Shown piece by piece: positions 41,063-50,133 of a stretch of 64,000 nt of DNA. The position numbers and the translations under genes are program-made. Each line of letters starts with the position of its first letter. The first letter of the stretch is position 1. The notes beneath the pieces are model-generated. The model made no database searches and was not told where the DNA came from. It saw only the letters and a list, made by a program, of their open reading frames with translations. Source of the stretch: Planctomycetota bacterium (GTDB taxonomy: Bacteria; Planctomycetota; JAMOSO01); contig JAMOSO010000003.1 in the NCBI GenBank assembly GCA_027063065.1, positions 1,524 through 65,523 of the forward strand, in the 5' to 3' direction.

Positions 41063-43552
41063 CTATTCTTGCTCACGTATTTTAAGTTCAATTAACTTTA
41101 ATCGCAATTTTGTCTCAGCATTGTCTGGATAACGATTTAAGATTTCCTCATAAACACGCTTAATAGCATCGTATAAACGGTTTTTTTCAAAGTTCTCAAC
41201 TAATTTATACCGTCCTTCAATATAATTCATTTCTATTTGTTTTAATTTTTTACATTTATTTAAGTATCCATATAAGTCTTGTACTTGCGTATAGGCTTTA
41301 GACATTGCATAATCACTTTCAAATTTAGTTAACAACTGCCCAGCCAGTACAAAATCACCTTTTGAAATAACTTTTCTAATTTTTTCAACCAATTTATTGG
41401 CTGCTAAATTCATTTGCAATGCATCATAGTCACGTTGTTTTTTTTGTAAGTTTTTACGTAAAACTCTTATTTGCTTCTCCACTGGCAAACCAGCAAAACG
41501 CACTTCATATTGACGACAATCATTATAAAAATGAGCTATCTTTTTTCTATGCTCTGGCATATCAACACGCAAACGCTGAAAGGTTAGTTTTAAATCTGAC
41601 AAAGTTTTACTAGATTTAACTTTAATATCTTCCTGTATCTTACGAGCACTAAGAATAAACTCTGTACCTGCTTTACTGTTTAAAATACTTCTGACTACCT
41701 TACTCGCCTTAGAAAAATCTTTCTCGCTCATAAATAATTTAGCTTGTACCAATAACTTTTTTGATGATTTATTAAACTGTGGGGAATAATTTAAAACTTG
41801 CAAAACCCTAACCTTATCATTTCTATCAGCGATTACAGACATTCCTTGATTACGCAAGGTAAATTCAAAAGGTTGTTCATCTTTAAATATGACCGACTGC
41901 ACAGGATTTTTTAAAACTAATACCTCAGATAATAATTGAGATTTTACATCAGCAGACAAAAACACCTCCTTATCTGCAACCGAAAAAGCTTCAATATCTT
42001 GTACATGCGATGACAAATCCAACCCATAAACTAAAGATGCATCTGCGACTGACGGAACTACATTCCATGCACCATTTACATATTCACAATTTAATTGATA
42101 CGGTTCAAACATATTTTTATCAATATCATATAAGACACCCTTTATACTAGCAGAGGATGCGTTACAAATTAAATCGCTGGTTAAATACCCCATAGTCTGA
42201 CTTCGTAAAACTCCACCAACATACCGTTTAACAAGTTCCAAATTTGCGATACCAACTTTTGCGTCAACTGAAAAGCATAGATTTCCTGCACTTCCTATAG
42301 TGACCATAGATTTTTTAAAAGACATAGAAGCCGATCTGCGCATTACAGCCCCCACACCTCCATCATAGATCGCCACATCATCAATCAAAACAGTGCCATC
42401 AATGCCATAAAACAAGAATGCTGGTTGAACTCTTTCAACACCTTTTGGTATAACAAAATAATCTTCAAAGCTTGCATATTTATTACTAGCACACCAAGAA
42501 CGACCTCGCAATATTACTCCATCGCCATTAACATCTTTATACAACAAAGCCAATTGCACAACGCCAGATTGCAAATCAGTCTGAATATCCACCTTGTAAG
42601 TAATCGTATCGTTATTAATTTCTATAGGATTTGCATAAACCAACTTAGATTCTAAAGTACCTATACTTTGAGCGCCTAAAACCATCAAAGAATGCTTACC
42701 GTCCATAGCATCATCACTTAATTTAATCTCTAATCCACTTTTGATAGTTGCATCCCAACCTTCTAAAATATTAGATACAGATTCAAAAGAAGAATTATTA
42801 AGCAATTTATTAATCCTAGAATCGTGATAATCCGCAGGACGCAAAATAAATGCCAACACAACAACAATTGCCAATACTACAGAAACAATAACTGGCATTT
42901 TTTTTACTAAGCCAATATCGCGTTTAATTATATTTTTTTTATCCTGAATCTCTTTCAAATCTTCATCAGTACCTACAAAAAGTAAAGTTTTACCTATTCT
43001 GAACACATGATTTTGAGACAAATTTATAGTTTCAACTCTAAGTTTGTTAACCCATAAACCATTAGAGCTACCCAAATCTTTAACTACCCAACCTGCACTC
43101 CCCACCTCCACCACTGCATGCCTTTGCGAAACACCAGAATCATTTGACAAAGACACATCACAACCTTTGCGACCCAAAACTACGGACTCATTACCTAAAT
43201 CAACTTTAACCCCTTCATGTGGACCACTTAAAACTTGCAAAAATACCTGCTGATTATTTAAATCTGGCAATTGCCCAAAATAAAATAAATCCTCCCCCAA
43301 AGACACTTTATCGCCTGGACATAATTCTTGTTCACTATCAATCTTGACCCCATCAACAAATGTACCATTACTGCTACCAAGGTCGTCTATCGTAACTAAT
43401 AGCCCGTTATTTATTATTTTACAATGGGTTCTACTTAGGCCTTTTCCATTTAAACTTAAATCGCAACCTTCGTCGCGACCTATTACACAAGTTTCGGATT
43501 CAAATACAAATTCTTCAAAAACCAAACCTTTTTTGACATATAACTTAATCAC
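41063..43552 (-). CDS. Membrane-anchored protein with two FHA domains (GTG start)
   Basis: IGR..SRTH..DLGSSNGTFVDG and LGR..SQRH..DLGSSNGLWVN; one TM (PVIVSVVLAIVVVLAFIL); then an NxSFE..GW CBM-like beta domain and a helical C-terminus. Confidence 0.8.
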   Translation of the reverse strand: MIKLYVKKGLVFEEFVFESETCVIGRDEGCDLSLNGKGLSRTHCKIINNGLLVTIDDLGSSNGTFVDGVKIDSEQELCPGDKVSLGEDLFYFGQLPDLNNQQVFLQVLSGPHEGVKVDLGNESVVLGRKGCDVSLSNDSGVSQRHAVVEVGSAGWVVKDLGSSNGLWVNKLRVETINLSQNHVFRIGKTLLFVGTDEDLKEIQDKKNIIKRDIGLVKKMPVIVSVVLAIVVVLAFILRPADYHDSRINKLLNNSSFESVSNILEGWDATIKSGLEIKLSDDAMDGKHSLMVLGAQSIGTLESKLVYANPIEINNDTITYKVDIQTDLQSGVVQLALLYKDVNGDGVILRGRSWCASNKYASFEDYFVIPKGVERVQPAFLFYGIDGTVLIDDVAIYDGGVGAVMRRSASMSFKKSMVTIGSAGNLCFSVDAKVGIANLELVKRYVGGVLRSQTMGYLTSDLICNASSASIKGVLYDIDKNMFEPYQLNCEYVNGAWNVVPSVADASLVYGLDLSSHVQDIEAFSVADKEVFLSADVKSQLLSEVLVLKNPVQSVIFKDEQPFEFTLRNQGMSVIADRNDKVRVLQVLNYSPQFNKSSKKLLVQAKLFMSEKDFSKASKVVRSILNSKAGTEFILSARKIQEDIKVKSSKTLSDLKLTFQRLRVDMPEHRKKIAHFYNDCRQYEVRFAGLPVEKQIRVLRKNLQKKQRDYDALQMNLAANKLVEKIRKVISKGDFVLAGQLLTKFESDYAMSKAYTQVQDLYGYLNKCKKLKQIEMNYIEGRYKLVENFEKNRLYDAIKRVYEEILNRYPDNAETKLRLKLIELKIREQE

Positions 43553-43580
43553 TTACACTCCTTATAGAGCAATTTAAAAT

Positions 43581-44414
43581 CTAACCACCAACAGGTTTTA
43601 ATATGACTACAGAATAAATAGCTGACAAATCAATTGCTGGCTTAACTGCAACTCTGTAAAACATTTCTGTTGACAATTTCTCAACATTTACAACCGTACC
43701 CACAAATAAACCAGATGGAAAAACAGGATCTGTTCCACTTGTCAAAACCCTATCGTCAAGCTTAACAGCAATATTTTCGTTTGGTTTACCACTATCAAAT
43801 AAATATTTCATGCTACACAATAAGGAAAATGCGTTGGTCTTACCGCCTTCTAGCAAACCTTGTTTTTTATTGCGTTCTATGCAACTAGCTATTTTACAAC
43901 TATTATGAACCAATAACGCCACTGTTGAAGACTTGGCAGATACTGATTTAATACGACCCAATACACGCCCGCCCTGCACCACACCCATACCGACCTTTAT
44001 CCCATCAATTTCACCAACATCAACTGTTAATTCATCTAAAAAATGTTGGTAATTACGCCCTAACACATCAGCAGGGATAGGTATAAACCTAGCAGTTAAT
44101 ATACGATGGTTATTAGTATCTTTTAACAAACGTTCTAAATTAGAAACCTCATCGGATAATGTGATTAATCTATCGTGCATTATCCTATTAGCTTTTAATA
44201 AATGGCTTTTTTGCGACGGTTCCATCGGCCACAAACAATCTGCTACAACATCAAAAACACTAGCTGTTTTGATGCGAGAATGCACTAAAAACCGCGTAAC
44301 TGGAGCAAAAACTGATTGAACTTCAAGACGCGTAAGCTCAGAAGTACTTATAGGCAGATATATTGTCAACGCAATCGCTATTAAAAATAATAACAGAGGC
44401 TTAAAATCAATCAT
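43581..44414 (-). CDS. mreC: Rod shape-determining protein MreC
   Basis: N-terminal TM, coiled coil, GIKVGMGV, VLTSGTDPVFPSGLFVG; follows mreB. Confidence 0.9.
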   Translation of the reverse strand: MIDFKPLLLFLIAIALTIYLPISTSELTRLEVQSVFAPVTRFLVHSRIKTASVFDVVADCLWPMEPSQKSHLLKANRIMHDRLITLSDEVSNLERLLKDTNNHRILTARFIPIPADVLGRNYQHFLDELTVDVGEIDGIKVGMGVVQGGRVLGRIKSVSAKSSTVALLVHNSCKIASCIERNKKQGLLEGGKTNAFSLLCSMKYLFDSGKPNENIAVKLDDRVLTSGTDPVFPSGLFVGTVVNVEKLSTEMFYRVAVKPAIDLSAIYSVVILKPVGG

Positions 44415-44462
44415 GTGTCAAGCAACCAATTGACAACAGACAGGCATTATTAAAACTCTAAA

Positions 44463-45512
44463 TTATTCTTCACGACCGCTTTGTAAGGCGGGAACTAAAA
44501 TATCCAACTGTTCTAAAACCTCACCAGTACCTTTAGCCACAGCGTAAAGAGGGTCTTTAGCAACCATTACTTTAATATTTGTTTCATTTGCAATAACTTG
44601 ATCTAATCCGTGCAACATAGCCCCGCCACCTGTCATTGTTATACCAAAATCTAAAATATCAGATGCAACCTCAGGAGGTGCATGTTCTAAACAATTTTTA
44701 ATAGATTGAATAATTGCAGCAATTGGCTCTGCTAAAGCCTCCCTAATTTCTTCAGAGCTAACTGTTATAACACGAGGCAAGCCAACCATTAAATCACGCC
44801 CTTTTACTTCCATGGTTTTTTCTTCATCATAGGGGAAAGCACTACCTAAATTTATTTTAATTGCTTCAGCAGTGCGTTCTCCTATTAATAAATTATATTT
44901 TTTCTTCATATAATTTATAACCGACTCATCCATAGCATCACCTGCTACTCGCAAAGACTCGCTAATAACAATGCCTGCTAAAGATATAATAGCTACCTCA
45001 GTTGTACCACCGCCAATATCTACTATCATTGATCCTGTTGGTTCTGTAATAGGTAAGCCTACGCCAATACCAGCTGCCATTGGTTCTTCAATCAAAATAA
45101 CTTCTCTGGCACCTGCATTTTCTGCCGAATTAATTACAGCCCGTTTTTCTACGGCTGTAATACCCGATGGAATAGCAATAACAACGCGAGGCTTAACCCC
45201 CCATGATCGTTTATGCACTTTACGCATAAAATAACCCAACATGGCTTCTGTAATATCGAAATCAGCAATTACTCCATTTTTCAAAGGACGTATTGCTACT
45301 ATATTACCCGGTGTTTTGCCCAACATTTTTTTTGCTGCATCACCAACCGCATTACCATTTAGCAATACTTGATTGGTACCTTTTTTAACCGCTACAACAG
45401 AAGGCTCATTTAATACTATGCCTTCTCCACGCACACAAACTAAAACATTTGCCGTACCCAAGTCGATGCCCATATCAACGGACATTAAATTCCAAATTTT
45501 ATCTAAAATCAC
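44463..45512 (-). CDS. mreB: Rod shape-determining actin MreB (GTG start)
   Basis: GIDLGTAN, RPLKNGVIADF, EEPMAA, DIGGGTTEVA, TGGGA. Confidence 0.98.
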   Translation of the reverse strand: MILDKIWNLMSVDMGIDLGTANVLVCVRGEGIVLNEPSVVAVKKGTNQVLLNGNAVGDAAKKMLGKTPGNIVAIRPLKNGVIADFDITEAMLGYFMRKVHKRSWGVKPRVVIAIPSGITAVEKRAVINSAENAGAREVILIEEPMAAGIGVGLPITEPTGSMIVDIGGGTTEVAIISLAGIVISESLRVAGDAMDESVINYMKKKYNLLIGERTAEAIKINLGSAFPYDEEKTMEVKGRDLMVGLPRVITVSSEEIREALAEPIAAIIQSIKNCLEHAPPEVASDILDFGITMTGGGAMLHGLDQVIANETNIKVMVAKDPLYAVAKGTGEVLEQLDILVPALQSGREE

Positions 45513-45626
45513 TTTAAGTAAAATTCAGTTAATTCTAAATAATTTAAAGTAATAGCTATTACTGTTGCAACAACAGCTATTATCATAAACCAAACATAAA
45601 TACTATCTTTGTTAATAATAGGCTGA

Positions 45627-46490
45627 TCAATAGACTCTTGTTGAAGCATTATCGCCCTCCTTAATTTGTTTTTCTGTATAATCATTTAAGATTCGTGCTG
45701 AACACATATCAGGAAATATTTTTTCAACCTCTACCTTACCTAAATACTCAGAATCACGATATACTGTAAAGCGATAGCCTTGTTTGACTTCGTTTTGACT
45801 GCCAACACTTAGCATTACTAAATTAGCATCTGCTCTCACAGCCAATACTTGAGCCCTTATAGGTGTAGCTGGTCCACCAGAAATTGCAATTTCTTCTACA
45901 GGGATACCATTTTCTCTTAACTGTGCAATTATACCTTTGTTAATCTCCAATTGCTTTGTGACATCTGCTAATTTAATTTCCGCTTTTTCTAATTCAGTCT
46001 TAAGAACCTGCAAAGACTCTTCTGCTTCTGCTCTTTTTGTAGTTGCCTCTAAACGTTCAGCTTTAGCAGTGTCAGTAATTTCTTTAAGTTCGTCAGTTTT
46101 AGCTCTTAAATCCATAACCATCTGATCTTTTTCAGATAATTCTCGATCTTTGGCATCTATTTTCAAATCTTTAGAAGACACAATAGCCTCCAATTTGGTT
46201 ACTCTATTATTAGCTTCACTGAGTTCGTCACGTTTTTCTTTAAAGTCATTTGTCATATTTTCTAGGCTTGTTTTTACCGCCTCTAAAGCATCGTTAGTAC
46301 TAACAATTTTATCTTTCAACTGTGCCACTTTAGATTTCAAGTCTGTTGATTCCTTTTTGTAATCGGCACTTACCTTTTCATATTTACTACGCCAATCAAC
46401 ACGATGAGTAAACAAAACCACAGAGGTTCCACAATAAACGATGCTTAAAATCAACATCAAAAAGGCCATTATTTTTGATACTACATTCAT
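45627..46490 (-). CDS. Membrane-anchored coiled-coil protein with C-terminal beta-barrel-like domain
   Basis: N-terminal TM, about 170-aa heptad region, C-terminal SVGSQNEVKQGYRFTVYR...GKVEVEK (reminiscent of FlgT-C). Confidence 0.75.
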   Translation of the reverse strand: MNVVSKIMAFLMLILSIVYCGTSVVLFTHRVDWRSKYEKVSADYKKESTDLKSKVAQLKDKIVSTNDALEAVKTSLENMTNDFKEKRDELSEANNRVTKLEAIVSSKDLKIDAKDRELSEKDQMVMDLRAKTDELKEITDTAKAERLEATTKRAEAEESLQVLKTELEKAEIKLADVTKQLEINKGIIAQLRENGIPVEEIAISGGPATPIRAQVLAVRADANLVMLSVGSQNEVKQGYRFTVYRDSEYLGKVEVEKIFPDMCSARILNDYTEKQIKEGDNASTRVY

Positions 46491-46502
46491 CGATTTCTCC
46501 TG

Positions 46503-46862
46503 TTAGACCAGCGATTTCCTGACCAATGTTCTCATATAATCCCAATTAAAGGGTTTGTCAACATATCCGTAACAATCTAGTTCTATGCACTTCATCAATC
46601 TATTATCAGTGCCATATGCTGTCATAGCGATTATATTAATTTCTGGGTAGATGTTAAGTGTTTCCTTAATTAAATCTATTCCACTTAATTCAGGCATACA
46701 AATATCACAAATTAACAAATCAAACCTGTGCTCAGCAAGTGTTTTTAAAGCTGTTGGAGAATGTGATTCACTAACGACATCGTACTCGTTGTTAAAACGT
46801 TTGACAAAAAGATGTAAAATATCCTCTTCATCATCCACAACTAAAATTCGTTTTTGACTCAA
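46503..46862 (-). CDS. Single-domain response regulator (TTG start)
   Basis: ILVVDDEE, CDICMP (phospho-Asp), MTAY, KPF; AGGAGA SD. Confidence 0.92.
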   Translation of the reverse strand: MSQKRILVVDDEEDILHLFVKRFNNEYDVVSESHSPTALKTLAEHRFDLLICDICMPELSGIDLIKETLNIYPEINIIAMTAYGTDNRLMKCIELDCYGYVDKPFNWDYMRTLVRKSLV

Positions 46863-46899
46863 TTCTATCTCCTAATTTGAATTTTTAAACTATTTAAAA

Positions 46900-46932
46900 T
46901 TGACAATGTAATCTATATCGGCAAAATGTCAA
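46900..46932. promoter_or_regulatory. Overlapping divergent sigma70 promoters (smpB / receiver operon)
   Basis: Plus: TTGACA-N16-CAAAAT; minus: TTGACA-N16-TACATT. Confidence 0.65.
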
Positions 46933-46937
46933 GAATC

Positions 46938-47405
46938 ATGACTATAAAAAAAGACAAAACAAATACAAAAGATATTATCGCACGCAATAAAAGAGCGCGT
47001 TTTGACTACGAAATACACGATGTTTACGAAGCTGGATTAGTTTTGCAAGGTACCGAAGTAAAAAGTTTAAGAGAAGGAAAAGCCTCTATTGCTGGCGGGT
47101 TTGTGCGCATACATGACGATGAGGCCTTTTTGTACGGAATACAAATTAATCCATATAGTAAAGGCGGATATTCAAACCATGACCCTGACAGAACAAGAAA
47201 ACTATTATTGAATAGGCGAGAAATTAAAAAAATAAAAATAAAAACAGAACAAAAGCATATGGCTATTGTAGCCCTATCACTATACTTCACAAAAGGAAAA
47301 GCCAAAGTTGAAATTGCCACCGCTACTGGCAAGAAAGCTCACGACAAACGTCATGCTTTAAAAGAACGCGATATCAAATTACGCATTGATAGGCTAAATA
47401 GATAA
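46938..47405 (+). CDS. smpB: SsrA-binding protein
   Basis: NKRARFDY, EAGLVLQGTEVKSLR, RTRKLLL, GKKAHDKR; the alternative ATG at 46926 lies inside the predicted -10. Confidence 0.97.
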   Translation: MTIKKDKTNTKDIIARNKRARFDYEIHDVYEAGLVLQGTEVKSLREGKASIAGGFVRIHDDEAFLYGIQINPYSKGGYSNHDPDRTRKLLLNRREIKKIKIKTEQKHMAIVALSLYFTKGKAKVEIATATGKKAHDKRHALKERDIKLRIDRLNR

Positions 47406-47406
47406 G

Positions 47407-48411
47407 CTATTTCCAATAATACGAAGCTCTTACAATAGCATCTGTTATGGCTTGAGCTATTTTTTGCTGATACTCATCACTAACCAACAACTTAGCCTCT
47501 TGCTTGTTGGTCAGAAAGCCTGTTTCAATCAAGACTGCTGGACAAGGCGACATTCGCAAAACATGAAAACGTGCCTGTCTCACCCCCCTAACCACATTAC
47601 CAACATCCAATTTAAAACAATCACTTAATATAGAAGCAAATGTTTTAGCCATAGCACGATGTTGCTTATTTAAAAAGTGGTATACCCGCCTTTCATACAA
47701 TGTCAAAGAACTATCCATCTCACCAAAAAACCGCTTATTTAAACAATACTTTTTATTCATTTCGCCGGCACGTTCCCAATCATCATAAGTTGCAGAAACA
47801 TAATAAAAATCTGCTCCATGCACACTGGCAGATGCCGATGCATTGGCATGGACTGACACAAACAAATCAGCTCCCTCCCGATTAGCCTTCAACCCCCTAC
47901 CTGATAAAGGCACAAAAACATCCGTATCTCTTGTATAAAAAACTTTAATATTTGCATATTTAGACAACAAAATCCCCACTTTTTTTACTATTGCAAACAC
48001 TATATCTTTTTCACGCACACCATTTGCCATAGCACCAGGATCTTTGCCCCCATGCCCAGCATCTAATACCACTCGAAATTGTCCATCAGCAATTTTATTT
48101 GTATTTTTAGACTTATTAGACGTAGACCACGGAAAAACCTTTAAAAACGATAGCGGCAAAGTAAGACGCCCACCCCGATAACAAATCGGCTCATCTAAAT
48201 TATAATATTGCCCATTAATGGTACAGCCAGCAAGATTCGGCAATAAATTGATTGTTGTAGTAGGCGATTTTAAAGTAATTAGTGAATTAGCCAAGTTTTG
48301 CTCTATCCTCAAACTGTGCCGTTTAACTATCTCACCTAAAGTAATAAACGACCCAGCCGACACTAATGATGCCACACTGCACAAAACAAGGATTAAAAAC
48401 GTTTTTTTCAT
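47407..48411 (-). CDS. N-acetylmuramoyl-L-alanine amidase (Amidase_3) with signal peptide
   Basis: VVLDAGHGGKDPGA, EKD, FVSVHAN, PAVLIETGF; start MKKTFLILV at 48411. Confidence 0.93.
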   Translation of the reverse strand: MKKTFLILVLCSVASLVSAGSFITLGEIVKRHSLRIEQNLANSLITLKSPTTTINLLPNLAGCTINGQYYNLDEPICYRGGRLTLPLSFLKVFPWSTSNKSKNTNKIADGQFRVVLDAGHGGKDPGAMANGVREKDIVFAIVKKVGILLSKYANIKVFYTRDTDVFVPLSGRGLKANREGADLFVSVHANASASASVHGADFYYVSATYDDWERAGEMNKKYCLNKRFFGEMDSSLTLYERRVYHFLNKQHRAMAKTFASILSDCFKLDVGNVVRGVRQARFHVLRMSPCPAVLIETGFLTNKQEAKLLVSDEYQQKIAQAITDAIVRASYYWK

Positions 48412-48418
48412 TTTTTTG

Positions 48419-48446
48419 AGTATATAGATTAAACACAATAGAGCAA
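48419..48446 (-). promoter_or_regulatory. Candidate sigma70 promoter of the amidase (leaderless)
   Basis: TTGCTC-N16-TATACT, 7 nt before ATG 48411; no SD. Confidence 0.65.
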
Positions 48447-48542
48447 GCAAGCATTAAAACCTTAACGCACAAGCTTTAACATTGCGTTAAATCTGTTTTT
48501 AAATTAGATTACCTTATAAATACATTTTCAATCAGGAGAAAT

Positions 48543-49943
48543 ATGACTTTTATTAATAATGATTTTATTTTAGAAACAAAATACGCCCAAGACTTATACA
48601 AAAAATACGCCGAAAAACAGCCAATCATAGACTATCACTGTCATTTAATTCCACAAGAAATAGCCGAAGATAGACGCTGGGAAAACATAACCCAAATATG
48701 GCTTTACGGAGACCACTACAAATGGCGAGCTATGCGCTCCAACGGTATCGATGAAAAATTTTGCACTGGCAACGCTAGCGATTGGGAGAAATTTCAAGCA
48801 TTTGCACAAACCATGCCAAAATTGTTACGCAACCCACTATATCATTGGACACAACTAGAACTGAAACGATATTTTAATATAGATACATTGCTGTCGCCAG
48901 AAACAGCAGAAGAAATATGGAATCAAGCCAATAAAATCATACAAAGTCCTGAATTTTCTGCTAGAAAGCTAATGCTAAAAAGTAATGTCAAAACAGTTTG
49001 CACAACTGATGACCCATTAGACACCTTAAAATGGCATCAACTAATTAAAAAAGACAACTTTGCTATCAACGTATTGCCAACATGGCGACCAGACAAAGGA
49101 ATGGCGATAGAAAATCCTGAAAACTTTATAAAATGGACAAATCAATTATCTGTCGTAACCTCTACAAACATAGATAGCTTTGAAAATTTTATAAAAGCAT
49201 TTGAAACTAGACATACGTTTTTTCATGACAACGGATGCCGTTTAAGCGATCATGGTATAGAACAATTTTATGCCACCGATTACTCACAAGCAGAAATCGA
49301 AACCATATACACAAACACCCGCCAAGGCAAAACCCCTAGCGAACTTGAAAATTTAAAATTCAAATCTGCCATGATGCATCAATTTGGCATTTGGAATCAC
49401 AAACGTAATTGGGTTCAACAATTTCATTATGGTGTTTTACGCAATAATAATTCTAGGCTATTTGCAAGCTTAGGCGCCGATACAGGCTTTGATTCCATAG
49501 GAAGTTTTGATACAGCCAAAGCAATGAGCTTGTTTTTTGACAAATTAGACACAAACAACCAATTGGCTAAATCTATTATCTATAACATAAATCCTAGCGA
49601 CAACCACATCATTGGCACAATGATTGGCAACTTTCAAGACGGTAGCGTTCCAGGAAAAATGCAATTTGGGTCTGGCTGGTGGTTTTTAGACCAAAAAGAC
49701 GGTATGGAAGCTCAAATAGAAGCGTTATCACAACTTGGATTGCTTTCACGGTTTGTAGGCATGCTGACAGATAGTCGCAGTTTTTTAAGTTATACACGCC
49801 ACGAATATTTCCGTCGCATTTTATGTAATATACTTGGAAACGATATGCAACAAGGGCTTATTCCTCAAGATATGAATCTAGTAGGCAAAATGGTAGCAGA
49901 CATCAGCTATAATAATGCTAAAGAATATTTTGATTTTAATTAA
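48543..49943 (+). CDS. uxaC: Glucuronate/uronate isomerase
   Basis: PIIDYHCHL, GDHYKWRAMR, CTTDDP, GWWFLD, GMLTDSRSFLSY. Confidence 0.97.
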   Translation: MTFINNDFILETKYAQDLYKKYAEKQPIIDYHCHLIPQEIAEDRRWENITQIWLYGDHYKWRAMRSNGIDEKFCTGNASDWEKFQAFAQTMPKLLRNPLYHWTQLELKRYFNIDTLLSPETAEEIWNQANKIIQSPEFSARKLMLKSNVKTVCTTDDPLDTLKWHQLIKKDNFAINVLPTWRPDKGMAIENPENFIKWTNQLSVVTSTNIDSFENFIKAFETRHTFFHDNGCRLSDHGIEQFYATDYSQAEIETIYTNTRQGKTPSELENLKFKSAMMHQFGIWNHKRNWVQQFHYGVLRNNNSRLFASLGADTGFDSIGSFDTAKAMSLFFDKLDTNNQLAKSIIYNINPSDNHIIGTMIGNFQDGSVPGKMQFGSGWWFLDQKDGMEAQIEALSQLGLLSRFVGMLTDSRSFLSYTRHEYFRRILCNILGNDMQQGLIPQDMNLVGKMVADISYNNAKEYFDFN

Positions 49944-49946
49944 CCA

Positions 49947-49984
49947 TTAAAAGTATGCGCGTATTTATATGCGCATACTTTTAA
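49947..49984 (+). terminator. Inverted repeat / terminator after uxaC
   Basis: TTAAAAGTATGCGC-N10-GCGCATACTTTTAA. Confidence 0.8.
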
Positions 49985-49986
49985 AC

Positions 49987-50014
49987 TTGACTACAATGGT
50001 CAAATCAATATCAT
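49987..50014 (+). promoter_or_regulatory. Candidate sigma70 promoter of the prs operon
   Basis: TTGACT-N16-TATCAT. Confidence 0.7.
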
Positions 50015-50020
50015 CTTCAT

Positions 50021-50133
50021 TTTTAAGTTCTCAGCGTTAGACCGAAGGATTACTCCTCTGAGTTCACTAAAACTTCTATTGGCAGTTAGCCTTGGTTTTG
50101 CGTGGATTCTTAACGTTTTAAAACAAGGAAGAT
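50021..50133 (+). ncRNA. Structured 5' leader of prs (candidate cis-regulatory RNA)
   Basis: CTCAG/CTGAG and AGGA/TCCT stems; CCTTGGTTTT pairs with the SD-containing AAAACAAGG. Confidence 0.45.

Noticed and set aside
50021..50100. Degenerate tRNA-Gln upstream of prs
   Set aside because: No T-loop GTTCRA stem-loop, D-loop or acceptor stem could be folded.
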